Shown here in pieces: positions 37,684-49,652 of a stretch of DNA of 50,563 nucleotides; the stretch's first letter is position 1; each line of letters starts with the position of its first letter. Below the pieces are notes generated by a model. The model was given only the letters and a program-made list of their open reading frames with translations, was not told the origin of the DNA and made no database searches. The stretch spans positions 1-50,563 of the forward strand of contig JAVECL010000117.1 in NCBI GenBank assembly GCA_051942245.1, given 5' to 3'. Source of the stretch: Trypethelium eluteriae (taxonomy: Eukaryota). The position numbers were made by a program, and so were the translations under genes.

Positions 37684-37943
37684 ACGGGACATTCTTAATG
37701 CGATCGACTTATTATCTGGCATAAGAGCGAGACAGGACAGGACAGGACATGGCAGGATCAATAAAGCGGGATTCTTGTTCTAAAGTATGGCGTTAGAGAG
37801 AAGGGGGTGCAATTGTACTACTCCGGGATTTGCAGATATCTGCGTCTGAGGTTATGCAGTCGAGGAATCAGTCCTCTTTACCTCAATCAATGCATAATGA
37901 ACGTTTGCGATCCAATACTATCGTTTTTCTCATCATGCTCGTT

Positions 37944-39222
37944 TCAAATCGAGGGATGTATTTCGGCGACCATCTCCCACTCTTTCGCTAACATGTCCCT
38001 CTCCCTCTTCTCATGTTTCGTAAAAACCTTCTTCCCATCTTTTCCCTCACCACTTGGCAGGTCCTCCTGTTTCAGATCATAATACTCCATCAGCATCCCA
38101 CACGCATGCTTACTCCCACTCGCCGCCGCCTTCGTCACATGCTCTACCCACTTCTCCCCCCACCGCTCACAATATTCCGGCAACGCCGCCACCAGCAGAT
38201 GCGCCTGCGGCTCATCCAACTCCGCCGCATCCCGAAAGTCCGCCAGCGCCTTCCCCCGATTCCGGAGCCGATAGAGCAGCAGCCTCCCCCGCTCATACAG
38301 CGCCGCCGCAAGGGTCAAATCATAAAATTCGCAATTCAGCTCCCTCATCACCAGGGGATCCTCCATCGGCGCCACCAGCGGCTCGCCCCTCGCCGCCCTC
38401 GCCTCCCTCTCAGCGCGGAACGCGTCGATCGCGCGATCATAGCTTCGTCGTGCTTCGCTGTGGTTGCTGAACGCGAGATTCGAGCCTATGTGGATCCGCG
38501 CTTGTACAAGATGCGCCCGCGCGTCGCCAGCGTCGAGGTGTTTCTGTAGGTGCTGTCGGAATTCGGTGAATTCGCGGGAGGAGGCGACGCTGCGGTTGCG
38601 GCGCAGGGCGGCGCTGAGGAGGAGGCAGGTGGCGTCGCTGGAGCCAGCGCGAGAGCAGTCGGCGAGGAGGCGCGCGGAGAGGGCGTGGCGAGCTGGGGAG
38701 GAGGATTGGAGGAGGAGAATGGCGAAGGGGACGAGGCTGGAGATGGGGATTTTGTGTTCTGTTTGCGAAAGGCAGTGAGATCAGATTTCTGTGGTAGGGG
38801 GTTTAGAAATTGGGGAGAGCAAGGAAATGGTACCAACCATCGCACAATATGTTGACGACTTCTCCCGGTATAGAACCGTCAAATAATTTATCAAGTGCTG
38901 AGAACTGATGGGAGATTTCCTGGACCTCCCGAGGGGACAAAGCTAGGAGTTTGCACCGCTTCGCCTTCAACACAAGCGTAAGGAAAGGTGTTGTGGAGAC
39001 AGCGTGTTGTAGCGACCGATACTCTGAAGTCCATTGCGCTCGTTCTCGTCTCTCCTTCTCCTTCTCTGCTCGTTTTTGAGGCGAGAAGAATCCGCGTGTT
39101 GAAGGGGCTTTGTCTGATCCATTGAGCCATATCGAAATGGAGAAGAATCTTAATTGGCAAGAATTGCACAAATTTCGAACGACTGTATTGTGGTTTGTCC
39201 CCAGTATCCGAGGTTGAAGCAT
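37944..39222 (-). CDS. Probable mitochondrial helical-repeat (Sel1/TPR-like) protein, 2 exons
   Basis: Presequence-like N-terminus (MLQPRILG..QLRFFS). Intron ~38837-38759 joins to EHKIPISSLV.. in frame with the 37944-38375 ORF. Sel1-like motifs FRDAAELDEPQAHL and KAAASGSKHACGML. Confidence 0.6.
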
Positions 39223-39681
39223 GGTGGGAGGAGGGGAAAGTGTATTGATGGAAGAGCTAAGGTAGTTGCCCAAAACGGTGGCCCTTGTCCCGCTCCGCCC
39301 AGAGCTCCGCGGGAATTCCAAACCATTAACGCAGATCTCTTCCACATTGCATCTGCTTCGAAGCAGTGTTCGACAACTTTTTCCACGAAATCCTTGTTGG
39401 CAGCCCAGGAATCGGCTGATTTCTACGAAGAGTCAAATTGAGAATATCGAACAAGTATCCCAGCAACTTTGAGCATCACATTCGGCCTAACATTTAACAC
39501 TGGAGTCGAGCAAACCTGACATAGCTCAAAGTTTAGCTGCAACACCTTGGCTTGTACTTCGAAAGACTCAATCAGAATGCCACAATTATGATAGTTCTGG
39601 ACCTTCATAACATGACCGAAAAGGGGGAGAATTGCAGATAAACACAGTCATCTCCTGCATATCCACCTCTCACCTACGGAG

Positions 39682-41363
39682 ATGGCATCAGCAGCCACCA
39701 ACTCCGAGAGTGTCCCTCTTCTCAGACCGTCTCCTCCACGACCATCTCGACCGCAGCGCAATGTCACCTTCAACCCCACAATTTCTACAAGCGGACCTCC
39801 CACTGGAAAGTCTCCATTACGACAGTCTGTACAACCGAGCACCTCTACACCTATCACCGTCTCCCCTGGAACGGCTCAGCAAACTAGCTCACAATCTCTT
39901 GTATCAAACATCAATAACAAGCTGCGTCGAAGGCATAGTCAAGGCGCGCCTCTAATACCCCCTCACTTACAAGCACCTAAAATCGGACCACAGAGGACGA
40001 CAAGGAATGCACAAAAGCTCAAATTACTGCCAGATCCAGAACATGGTGAAGACGGTGCTGATGAGGAGAGTGGAAGGGACGTATACTCCCAATTTACACG
40101 GATCAAAGATCCAACTGCAAGACGAGATGCCGCTAGATTAGGAAAAGCAGACCGTGCGAGGTTACCTCGAGTCACAGCTTTTTGTACCGCAAGCGTGCTG
40201 CAACTCGATGAGCTCATGCGTTATCTCAAGTCCCGTCCGAAATCTCGAGGTGCAGCTCCAAAGCGGTTTGACGAATGTATTTACACTCCGTATCGTTATC
40301 TCAGATCAGGGGATAGCAAGCCGGTTGACCCAACTGCGGAACCACACCCTTTCATCCCTAGAAGGCACTCAGATAGTGCCTTGGAAATCGACAATGCTTC
40401 CGGGCCTAGAGATCAAATCATCGACCTTGAGAGAGGACCAGAACCCCAGGAAGCACTGGCACAAATCAATGGCCAGAGGTCGTCGCAGATTGAGAACGAG
40501 CCCGGAGCTCAGCAAGAGCACTTAGACATTGACATGGAGGTTCACACTCCAGAAATTTTTCTGTTCAACTACGGTGTGGTGGTGATATGGGGCATGACGG
40601 TTCAACAGGAACAACGTTTCTTAAGAGAGATTGCGAAGTTCGAAAACGAGAAACTTTCAAAAGACGATGTGCAGGTGGAGAACTTCAATTTTTATTACAC
40701 AAAAGAGTATCAAGCTCGCATCTATAATGACTTCATTACCTTGCGGAGCAAGACAGACTTTATGCTGAAATTAGCGATAAGCCATGCGCTGGCGCAAAGT
40801 GTCAAGGTTAGTGACTCGTCAGGCTTTAGTACCATCCAAACATGTCCATGCAAGCTGATCACTGCTTCAGACATCGCTTTTTGAGGATCTCGTTGATGCA
40901 ACCATCGAAAACACCAAAGATATACCTCTTCAGATTTCCGAGACCGGCAAGGTCAATCTCAACAGGAAGGAGATCAACATGCAAATCGGAGATCTCTTCA
41001 TTCTGCGTATCAACATCCATCTTCAAGGGTCTGTTCTTGATGCTCCAGAACTTTTATGGGCGGAACCTCATCTGGAGCCAGTGTACAATGCAGTCGCCAC
41101 CTACCTCGAGATCACGCCCAGGGTACAGCTGCTTAATGAAAGGCTAACAGTGATCGGCGACCTGCTCGCCGTGCTTAAAGAGCAACTATCTCATGCTCAT
41201 GGAGAAAATCTCGAGTGGATCGGTGAGTTTCCGCACTGCATATGATAATATCTAGCTGTATTTGGAGTCATTCGCTAATAGACATCTAGTTATAATTCTC
41301 ATTGCTGCTGAGATTCTAGTCGCTGCTATTAATATCGTTGTAGATATCCGTGCTGAAATCTGA
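39682..41363 (+). CDS. RMD1: RMD1 / DUF155 family protein (3 exons)
   Basis: Motifs LPRVTAFCTA, EIFLFNYGVVVIWG, ARIYNDFITL, ISHALAQSVK|TSLFE, LEITPRVQLLNERL, LEWI|VIILIAAEI. Confidence 0.9.
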
Positions 41364-41786
41364 AAATGGAGTGGCGCATAAGGCTTCCCCTGTGGGGAGG
41401 AAACCGTGAAGCATTGAGCATGCTACTGAGTAGTACATAAAGCAAAGGCGATGATTTCATTGATAGAAAAAAGATCGATTCCGTGGCTTCGACAGCCCAG
41501 CCATCAGCAAGCGATTGCATCTTTGTGTGTACATAGCATATTAAGAAGAGATTCAGCAATAACTTGTTTCAATTCCGGGCTGAAGAGGAAGTCGATCAAG
41601 TGCAACGCTTGGCAAAAGAAAATCAGGTCGATCTTTGACTCCTTTCAGCTTCCGGGCATCCCTCCGCAACGAACTACCAAAGGGTCTGCCTGCTATTCAA
41701 CCCCCTCCATCGCACCCAACTCATGCCTCTACAGCCATGATTTTTCCCTCGCCTGCTCTCACCGTATTGCCAATGCTTCGTTCCCC

Positions 41787-44700
41787 ATGAGTTGGAACTT
41801 GCTTGAGCGCTTCATCGAGTCGGATCACTTTAGCAATGATTCGTCGCTGGCCATCAGCTACCTTGCGTACGTTCTGCTACCGCTTAGTCTCCCTTTGGAA
41901 GGATTATTAATTGGCTAATATCTCTGTACTATAGTCGATATGCAGGCGCAAACCATGTCGGCATTCACTACGTGCTCTGCTCGAAATTACGGGAGTTCTC
42001 GTATGAGGAGATTGAATTCCTACTCCCACAGCTATGCCACCTCCTCATTAGCATTGACAACGAATCTATGGCCCTGGAGGAGTTTATAATCGATTTATGT
42101 GAAGAGTCTGTAAATGCTGCGCTACAAGTAGGGAGACCATTGCTTTGGAACATATCCTAGGCAAGACAATTCACTGACGTTGGCAATTGCAGACTTTCTG
42201 GCTTTTCCAAACCTATCTGCATGATCTTTCAGGCAATCCCCAATCCACATCTTTCAATACATGTCGAAGAATATACAACAAAGTACAGCGCATTGTGTTT
42301 GGAGCATCCGATGGACCGCATAGGGAAAAGATTCAAGAGAACGTCCTTCCAGTCACTATCCTTTCTAGCATAATATTAGCCGGGGTCGCCGCACCCTTCC
42401 TTCCGAAGCACGCCGGACCACTTGCGATTGCTCAAGCGCGCAAACCTCGGCCAAGAGATGATGCATTGCCGGATGGTGTGGAGGAACAAACTGGCCAGAG
42501 AATCCAGAGAAGTCACACAGTCGGTGGTGGTTCGACAAGACCAAAACGAGCCAAACCAAAGCCATATCAATTCGATGGAGCGACATCGGAGATTACTAAA
42601 TCTGCTGTGACTCGAGGTCAGAACAACAAAGTCAAAGCAGTAGCTTCTTCAGAGGTTTATAAACGATCCCGATCTTCGTCTCCTCACGGAGATAATCGCA
42701 ATTCGACTCCAGCGATTTTGGCTATCCCAAGACGACCAATCGAGCGTCTCATACAGTCAGCCAGTACAGCCTCTCTACCAGAAAAGGGCAATCCCATGAT
42801 CAGCCCTGTACCGAGCCCGCCACCTACCGCGACTCTCCCAAGGAGACCGACTCACGATCAAGTGCCGATGCGCCGTCACTCGCATGCTCCACGTCCTCTG
42901 ACACCATCAGCATTGACGCGCCAGCAGAAGATGCGCATGTTACGAGCCAACTACTATAGGAGTGAGACGCAGCTTTTAACGGCGCTAGAGGATATCTCGA
43001 ATCGACTTGTTATCGTCCCGAAACCTGCTCGATTGAGTGCTCTCAGGGCCGAGCTAGCTCTCATTGCCCAAGACTTACCGGCTGAAGTTGACATACCTGT
43101 CATCTGCCCTTCTTCTCTTGAGGATGGAGCAGCCGGGCGCAGCAAGCATCACCGCATTGTGCGTTTGAATCCAGCGGAAGCAACCAGCCTGAACAGCGCG
43201 GAAAGAGTGCCGTATCTTTTAATGATCGAAGTTTTAAGAGATGATTTTGATTTTGATCCAGACTCAGACGCCAACATGCACTTGCTTCAGAAGTTGATGG
43301 CCGAGAAAGGGACAACGCGACGCCGATTATTCGATTTGGGCGATTCGTCACGAGAGACACCTATTGAGGAACCCATTGTTGTTCAAGGCAGCGACAGTGT
43401 TTTTGAACCTGCCAATGGCGATCTTGCCAGTCCCTCACTGCTCAAAGATCTCTCAGAGGACGAGTCAGCTACGATCGGTCCAAAAATCAAGATAGACCCC
43501 AATGGCGCCGGTCTCAAAGCGCCGCCACGACTATCCAGCGGTGCAAGCACCATTTCTTCCTCCGCCACTCTCTCCACACCACGCACCTCCGACGCCCCCA
43601 GTAGTCGCGCCAGCAGCCCCGGCATACGCAAGATGACCCTCCCCAGCCAAAACCGGCCCAACGGCCCCGACCAACCCGACTTCTCCGCCCTCGCCACACA
43701 CATGCGCACCGCCGCGCAGATGCTCGCCCAGCTCGAAGTCAGCGGCTCCAAGCGGCCGAAAGTCGAGCTGGCCGAAATCAAAGCCAAGATCATCGCCAGC
43801 ATGCAGAACCTCGAGGAGCAATCCTTCACCGAGGACCCCGCCCACGCCCCAACCTTCGACACCATCATGGCCAAGACGACCTCCGCCGTGACCGCCGCCG
43901 AGGTCACCGCCGACTACGTCGACGACGGCATCGCGACTCCGCTAGACCCGAACTCGTCGTCTGGCGCCGGGCTCGCCCGCATGGAGAACGACTCCAAGAC
44001 GGGCGGGGTGCCGCGCAGCCCGTCGGCGTCGGACCGGGACGACCCGTCGGCGGCGACGTTCGGGGAGGAGTGGGCGGCGAAGAAGGAGCGGATCCGCAAG
44101 TCGAGTCCGTACGGCTGGATGAAGAAGTGGGATCTCATCTCGGTGATTGTGAAGACGGGCGCGGATCTCCGGCAGGAGGCGTTCGCGTGCCAGCTCATTG
44201 GCGTGTGTGCGCGGCTCTGGGCGGAGGCGCGCGTTGACGTCTGGGTTAAGCGTATGCGTATCCTGGTCACGGGTGAGAGCTCCGGCCTTATTGAGACGAT
44301 TACGAATGGTGTTAGCTTGCACTCGCTGAAGCGTAGTTTGACGCTGAGTACGATTGCGGCTGGGGCGAATCCGAGGCGCAGGATTGCGTCGCTGAAGGAT
44401 CACTTTTTGAGGACGTTTGGCGAGGTCGAGAGTCCGGTGTATAGGGCTGGGGTGGAGTGCTTTGCGAAGAGCTTGGCGGCGTATAGTGTGATCTCGTGGA
44501 TTCTACAATTAAAGGACCGGCATAACGGGAACTTGTTAATTGACAATCAAGGGCATATCATCCATATCGATTTTGGATTTATGCTGAGCAATTCGCCGGG
44601 CAGCATGGGATTCGAGGCAGCCCCGTTCAAGCTTACGCATGAATATGTGGATGTCTTGCAGAGTGTGCCTGGAGGAGAGCACTGGGATTTGTACAAGCAG

Positions 44701-45030
44701 TTGTGCAAAGAGGCATTCCAGGCACTGAGAAAGAATGCGGAGAGCATCGTGATGTTGGTGGAGGTCATGGGAAGAGAGAGCCGGATGCCGTGCTTTTCTG
44801 GAATGGGTGTGCAGGCGGTGGTCACAGGGTTGAGGAGTCGATTCCGATTGGAGTTGAGCAAAGAAGAGGCGGAAGGGTTTGTAGAGAGTGATTTGATTGG
44901 GAAGAGTCTGGGAAGCTACTACACGAGGCTGTAAGCTTGCTTGTTTCCAATCATTCTCGGGATTGGTTCATTTGACTGACATTCTTACAGTTACGATACC
45001 TTCCAGTATCGAACCCAGGGCATTTATTAG
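41787..45030 (+). CDS. PIK1: Phosphatidylinositol 4-kinase, type III beta (4 exons)
   Basis: Motifs EIEFLLPQLCHL, LNSAERVPYLLMIEV, IVKTGADLRQE, LQLKDRHNGNLL, HIDFGF, FEAAPFKLT, YTRL|YDTFQYRTQGIY*. Confidence 0.96.
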
Positions 45031-45485
45031 GCGTTCACGTTTCGATTACCTCCGCACGTAGGGACACGACTGGCATAGAGGGCGGCGTGAGCGTTGTTTT
45101 CGCATTGGACCATGGGGTCCTTGATGCCATCAGCATTGTACAGCAAGGGAGGACTGTTTGTATGGCTTTTGGGCTGGGACAAACTTGGATCATCACAGAT
45201 GGACATCGCTTGCAACTCGTGGATCTGCATAGTATACGGAAAAGTCTCCATTCAAAGCCATCTTGTAGCGGCCTGAGCCAAGCTGTTTATGTGACTTCAA
45301 GGTAACATTGCGTCCCATGTGAAGTTTTTCGCAGTCAGTGGGAACGCATGCTATATCGAGATCTCATTTACACTCTTCCCTCTACCAGGCTCAAAGTTTC
45401 CCCTATCATTATGACTGAGGTGGGTCCGCAGAATCTCTCAGAATACCACCACTTTTCCCTCGAGGATTCCATCGATGCTTCAGCG

Positions 45486-45715
45486 CTACTGGACCTTGTT
45501 GTGCTCAGCCTTTGCCTCTTCGACCTTGGCCTTCCACCCGAGAATCACATCATTCCTCACGAGTGGCTTCAGTCTCGACCTTCCACTGATTGCCGAGAAG
45601 CTTGGCTGAAAGATAGCAGGAGATCAGATAATCTGCTTGGCAGAAGGGACGCCCTCCAGCACCTACAAATGTCGTTGTTGTGCATTTCGGGCGCCAAAGC
45701 CTTGCTTTTGAGGTG
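45486..45715 (-). pseudogene. MATA_HMG-box (MAT1-2-1-like) relic, helices 2-3, with conserved intron
   Basis: Reads HLKSKALAPEMHNNDI-T|intron 45666-45606 (GTAGGT..CTGAT..CAG)|CC-KLLGNQWKVETEATREE, then a 16-nt insert beginning with TGA, then WKAKVEEAKAEHNKVQ*. Confidence 0.8.
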
Positions 45716-46248
45716 ATCCTGCCAAAGCATCCTTCACATATTACCTTTCCTGCCTGTTTGGAGCGTAGGGTTGACGATGTTGACCTCTAACAGGATACTG
45801 GGGGGTAGGGTAAGAGGAATGTCGTGGGACCCTTTGCGTAGTCGCTGCAGCCTCAGGGGCGTAGTCGCTGGAACCTCGGGCACAGGGCGATCGAGTTGCC
45901 TAGAGGCAACTCACTGACCCTGCCGTAATTACATGACCTATTGACATTAGCGATGCTAGATCTGAAGTCTAGATCGACCTTCCCCGTACCAGTCTCTTGT
46001 TTGGAGCATAGGGTTGACGATGTTGACCTCCAACAGGATACTGGGGGACAGGGCAAGAGAAACGCTGTCGGATCCACTTTGCAGAGCATTGCGGAGGTGC
46101 AGGGATTTGACCCTCTGCGTAGTCGCTGTAGCCTCGGGTGGGATCCTGCCAAAGCGTCCTTCACATACCTTTCCTGCCCACCCGACCGTGGGTTGATGAT
46201 GTTGACCTCTAACAGGATACTGGGGGGCAGAGTAAGAGAAATGCTGTG
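45716..46248. repeat. Three diverged tandem copies of a ~100-190-nt unit
   Basis: The core GTTGAYGATGTTGACCTCYAACAGGATACTGGGGG starts at 45770, 46013 and 46192. ATCCTGCCAAAGCRTCCTTCACATA occurs at 45716 and 46143. GCGTAGTCGCTG recurs three times. Confidence 0.88.
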
Positions 46249-46321
46249 ACCTTATTGCCGGCAATAAAGAAGATATACGAGCCATGGGATCCAACGAGCC
46301 ATATTCTGCTGTGTCTAGAGT

Positions 46322-46441
46322 TACGATTACTTGGTTTCCGCCGTAAGCCTGGATCTGCGATTTGCTGACTTTTGGATGAAGGTGCTGGCGAGAGAGAATG
46401 AATGCGTTGGGAGGCCGAGCCAATTTGTTCTTGGCGCGCAT
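46322..46441 (-). pseudogene. MATA_HMG-box (MAT1-2-1-like) relic, helix 1, frameshifted and internally deleted
   Basis: Reads KNKLARPPNAFILSRQHLHPKV, then after a frameshift IADPGL directly followed by RRKPSNR (HMG C-terminal tail-like). Confidence 0.72.
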
Positions 46442-46658
46442 GACATTGCGACAAGCCTGCTATTGGCCATAGCCCTGAGCATTGTCGCTTGTAGTTAGCT
46501 GACTAGCATTCGAGAGGGCCTCCAAGTAACTAGCAAAGAGAGTGATTCGGCTTTCGGGCGTAGAGTGAGACGCAGTGACTTCAGAGAGACCAACTCCACC
46601 ACTTTCGAGTGCATCCAAGAAGAATTTCAGAACAGCTTGAGGGACATGCTCAATCGCA

Positions 46659-47292
46659 TCAAGTCGTTGTGAATAAAGAATCTTCCTCACGGAGATACTC
46701 GCCAACGTCCGCTTGGCGAAATACTGTGATTGCAGTGGGCTCTGCCCGCCTCGCGTCTGCAGAGGAACGGCTCGTGACTCCAAATCCCTAGGAAGATATC
46801 AATACGATGGCTCTATTGAGTGATGTGATGAGCTTCACGTACCAGTGGAGTATCATTTGCCATGCTCAGTACTACTACTTCTTGATGCTCCGGACAGTCT
46901 TCAGACCACCTGCCGATGTGTGCTTTGACCAAATTGCCACCATAGAGGAGTGGCATCTCGCCGTTTGGCTTGACCCAGACCTTGTATCGTGCATGCGGGG
47001 CAATCACATCGAGTGCGGTGATGTGAAGTCTGAATTTGCCAGTCTTGGTGAATTTACCAAGACAAGTCCCGATAGAGAGAAGATTATGACGAGCAACTGA
47101 GGTAGCGAGGTTGGCAAGTGATTCGCGTACGTAGTAGACCCGGTTCCCGGATATGCGAAAGACATTGCGATCTGGGTTCTTACTAGTAGGATTCGCGGCG
47201 GAGTCGGAGATGAGGTGGGTAAGTGAGGGACCGGTGTACTGCGCGAGCTTTCTGAACAGCGTCTGAGTTTCAATTTCTGTGAGGGGCCGCAT
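46659..47292 (-). CDS. NIP7: 60S ribosome biogenesis protein Nip7 (2 exons)
   Basis: Motifs MRPLTE.ET..LF.KLA.YTG, GTCLGKFTKTGKFRLHITALD, KVWVKPNGEM..LYG, DTPL|GFGV, FRQADVGEYLREE. Confidence 0.96.
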
Positions 47293-47552
47293 GCTGAAGT
47301 GAGAGGTGAGGGCAGAAGGAAAACAAAGCGAAGCCTGGAATGAGTTTAAAGTGCGCACTCGTACGGAGTAAATATTGGAGGAGCGAGCGCTGTTCGGAGT
47401 TTTCCGTGGACTGGACCTTGCCGGCAGAAAAAGTTCACCGCCCAGAGTAAGCCTCCACGGTTACTCAAGTACACACCTCACTCAATTGCCGGCACAACAA
47501 TCTCAAGCAACAACAAGTCTCAGGCCATGACACCATTTTTTTGACTCACGTA

Positions 47553-49652
47553 ATGGCTACTCATGCCAGCATGCGTGCAGTCAAGCGACAGAAAGTTAGC
47601 CCTGCACGCGTATCTCAGGACACTGGAACTTCCACAGTGAACGAAGGTTTTCTACATCACGCTTCCAAGTGGAACCTCGAGCAGGATTATGAGCAGCGAC
47701 CTCGAAAATTGGACAAGAAGGGCAAGAAAACTCAGAAACTCCCCATCAGGACAAGCGAAGGATGGGTTGAACAGGAGGCAGTCGGCTCAGAGGAAGAGGA
47801 TGAACAAGACAACGCGCCGGAGACGGTCCCTGTCGAGGATCATGTTGCAAAGAGCATGAAAGATCGCCCAACAGTCCCCCCATCAGTTGAGCACGATCCC
47901 AATACTCTCTGGAGGCAGCAGAAATTGGAAATAATGGAAGAAATTGTGCGACTCCAACGCGTCATAAATGAGGATCCAGAAGAGAACATTGGGTTATTGA
48001 AGAAGCTTAGGTCAATGACCAAATATTCAGATTGCACAATCAAGGAATTAGCTTTAGCAGTGCCAACCCTTGTCTTCAAACATATAATACCAGGCTATCG
48101 AATCCGTCCTCTCTCAGAAGAAGATATGAAGGCAAAATTGTCAAAGGATGTGCGAAAGTTGCGGACTTTTGAACAGAGCCTCGTCACGGGCTATCAAGAA
48201 TACGTAGGTGACCTGACCAACTTCTCACAAGGGCGGGCGACTGGTTCGGCAGAGAAGATTGCCAAATTGAAGTCGAGAGCCATTCAATGCTCACGCGACA
48301 TGCTTCTGGCGGTTCCCCACTTCAACTTTCGTCGCGAACTTCTCACAATTCTGATTGGCAAGTTGAGTGACAGGAATGTAGACTCGGACTTTGTCATCTG
48401 TAGAGAGACCTTGGAACAGCTCTTTCGGGATGATGAAGATGGAGACGCGTCTTTGGAAGCTGTCTTGATGCTTGCAAAGATGATCAAAGCAAGAAACTAT
48501 AGGGTCGACGAGAGCGTCTTAAACACATTTCTTCATCTGCGATTGCTGTCTGAGTTCTCTCAGAAGGGCTCGAGTACGACGATCGACGATGAAGAGGAAG
48601 ATGACTACCCACAAAGAAAGTCGAAGAAAAAGCGCGAGTTTCGCACGAAGAGGTTGCGAAAGCAGTTGCGCGAAGAAAAAAAACTGCGCAAGGAAATGAA
48701 TGAGGCAGATGCAGCAGTCAGCCACGAAGACCGCGACAAAAATCAAGCCGAAATGCTCAAAGCCGTCTTCCTTACCTACCTCCGCATTCTCAAAGCTGGC
48801 AAGCAAAATCTTATGGGCGCTGTCCTCGAAGGCCTCGCTAAATATTCCCACCTCGTCAATCAAGGCTTCTTCGGCGACATCATCGCGACACTTGAAGAGC
48901 TAATCCGGCAAGCCGAAGAACCCTCCCAGCCCAACTCTATTACAGTTTCCGGCTACGGAGCTGAGGGCACCCCTGACGAGGAATTTCCCACCCGCAACGC
49001 CACACGAGAGTCTCTCCTTTGCGTCATTACCGCCTTCGCGCTTCTCCGAGGTCAAGACACCTTCGAAGCTGTCATCGGTCATAATATCCACCTTTCCCGC
49101 TTGAGTTCCCATCTCTACCGCATCCTCGTCCCGCTCGCCCTCAACCCAGACATCGAGTCGAGCGCACGTCCCGCCAGTCCCTGCTCATCCACCGCCTCCT
49201 CGCCCCCCACTTCCCCAGCCAGCGGGAGCAGGCAGCACAACAAAGTCAACGCCGACACCAGCATCGTCTTGCTCCTCAAGGCGTTAAAAGCCATTCTCCT
49301 CCCACCACCCCCGGCGAACCCAGATGACATCACGCGTGACACTCTCGCCTCATTCACGCACCAGATCCTGCTTGCGGCCCTGCAACTCCCCGCGTCCTCG
49401 GCGAATGCGATAGTCAAGTTGTTGAAGGCGGTGACCGCGCGCAAGATGCCTGCGTGGAAGGTCGCGGAGCTGTGGAATACGGAGGAGAGGAAGGGGGATG
49501 GGGTGTGCAATTTGGCTACTGATGTAATGCAAGAGTCCAATCCACATGCGGGGACGGTGTGGGAGGGGGAGCTATTGCGTATGCATTACGATCCGAGGGT
49601 GAGGGAGGAATGGGAGGGCGTGATGGCGAATATCAGGAAAGTGAGAAAGTAA
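47553..49652 (+). CDS. NOC3: Nucleolar complex-associated protein 3
   Basis: Motifs EDPEEN, IIPGYRIRPL, VPHFNFR, YLRILK, GAVLEGLAKYSHL, HYDP; single ORF of about 700 aa. Confidence 0.93.
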   Translation: MATHASMRAVKRQKVSPARVSQDTGTSTVNEGFLHHASKWNLEQDYEQRPRKLDKKGKKTQKLPIRTSEGWVEQEAVGSEEEDEQDNAPETVPVEDHVAKSMKDRPTVPPSVEHDPNTLWRQQKLEIMEEIVRLQRVINEDPEENIGLLKKLRSMTKYSDCTIKELALAVPTLVFKHIIPGYRIRPLSEEDMKAKLSKDVRKLRTFEQSLVTGYQEYVGDLTNFSQGRATGSAEKIAKLKSRAIQCSRDMLLAVPHFNFRRELLTILIGKLSDRNVDSDFVICRETLEQLFRDDEDGDASLEAVLMLAKMIKARNYRVDESVLNTFLHLRLLSEFSQKGSSTTIDDEEEDDYPQRKSKKKREFRTKRLRKQLREEKKLRKEMNEADAAVSHEDRDKNQAEMLKAVFLTYLRILKAGKQNLMGAVLEGLAKYSHLVNQGFFGDIIATLEELIRQAEEPSQPNSITVSGYGAEGTPDEEFPTRNATRESLLCVITAFALLRGQDTFEAVIGHNIHLSRLSSHLYRILVPLALNPDIESSARPASPCSSTASSPPTSPASGSRQHNKVNADTSIVLLLKALKAILLPPPPANPDDITRDTLASFTHQILLAALQLPASSANAIVKLLKAVTARKMPAWKVAELWNTEERKGDGVCNLATDVMQESNPHAGTVWEGELLRMHYDPRVREEWEGVMANIRKVRK

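Noticed and set aside
37730..37750. (GACAG)n microsatellite
   Set aside because: Ordinary short tandem repeat in a 3' UTR.
45348..45716. 122-aa plus-strand ORF
   Set aside because: Antisense shadow of the minus-strand HMG relic; no protein features.
46730..46745. TGCAGTGGGCT resembling the RNase P RNA CR-V motif
   Set aside because: Lies antisense within NIP7 exon 2, and no CR-I partner was found.
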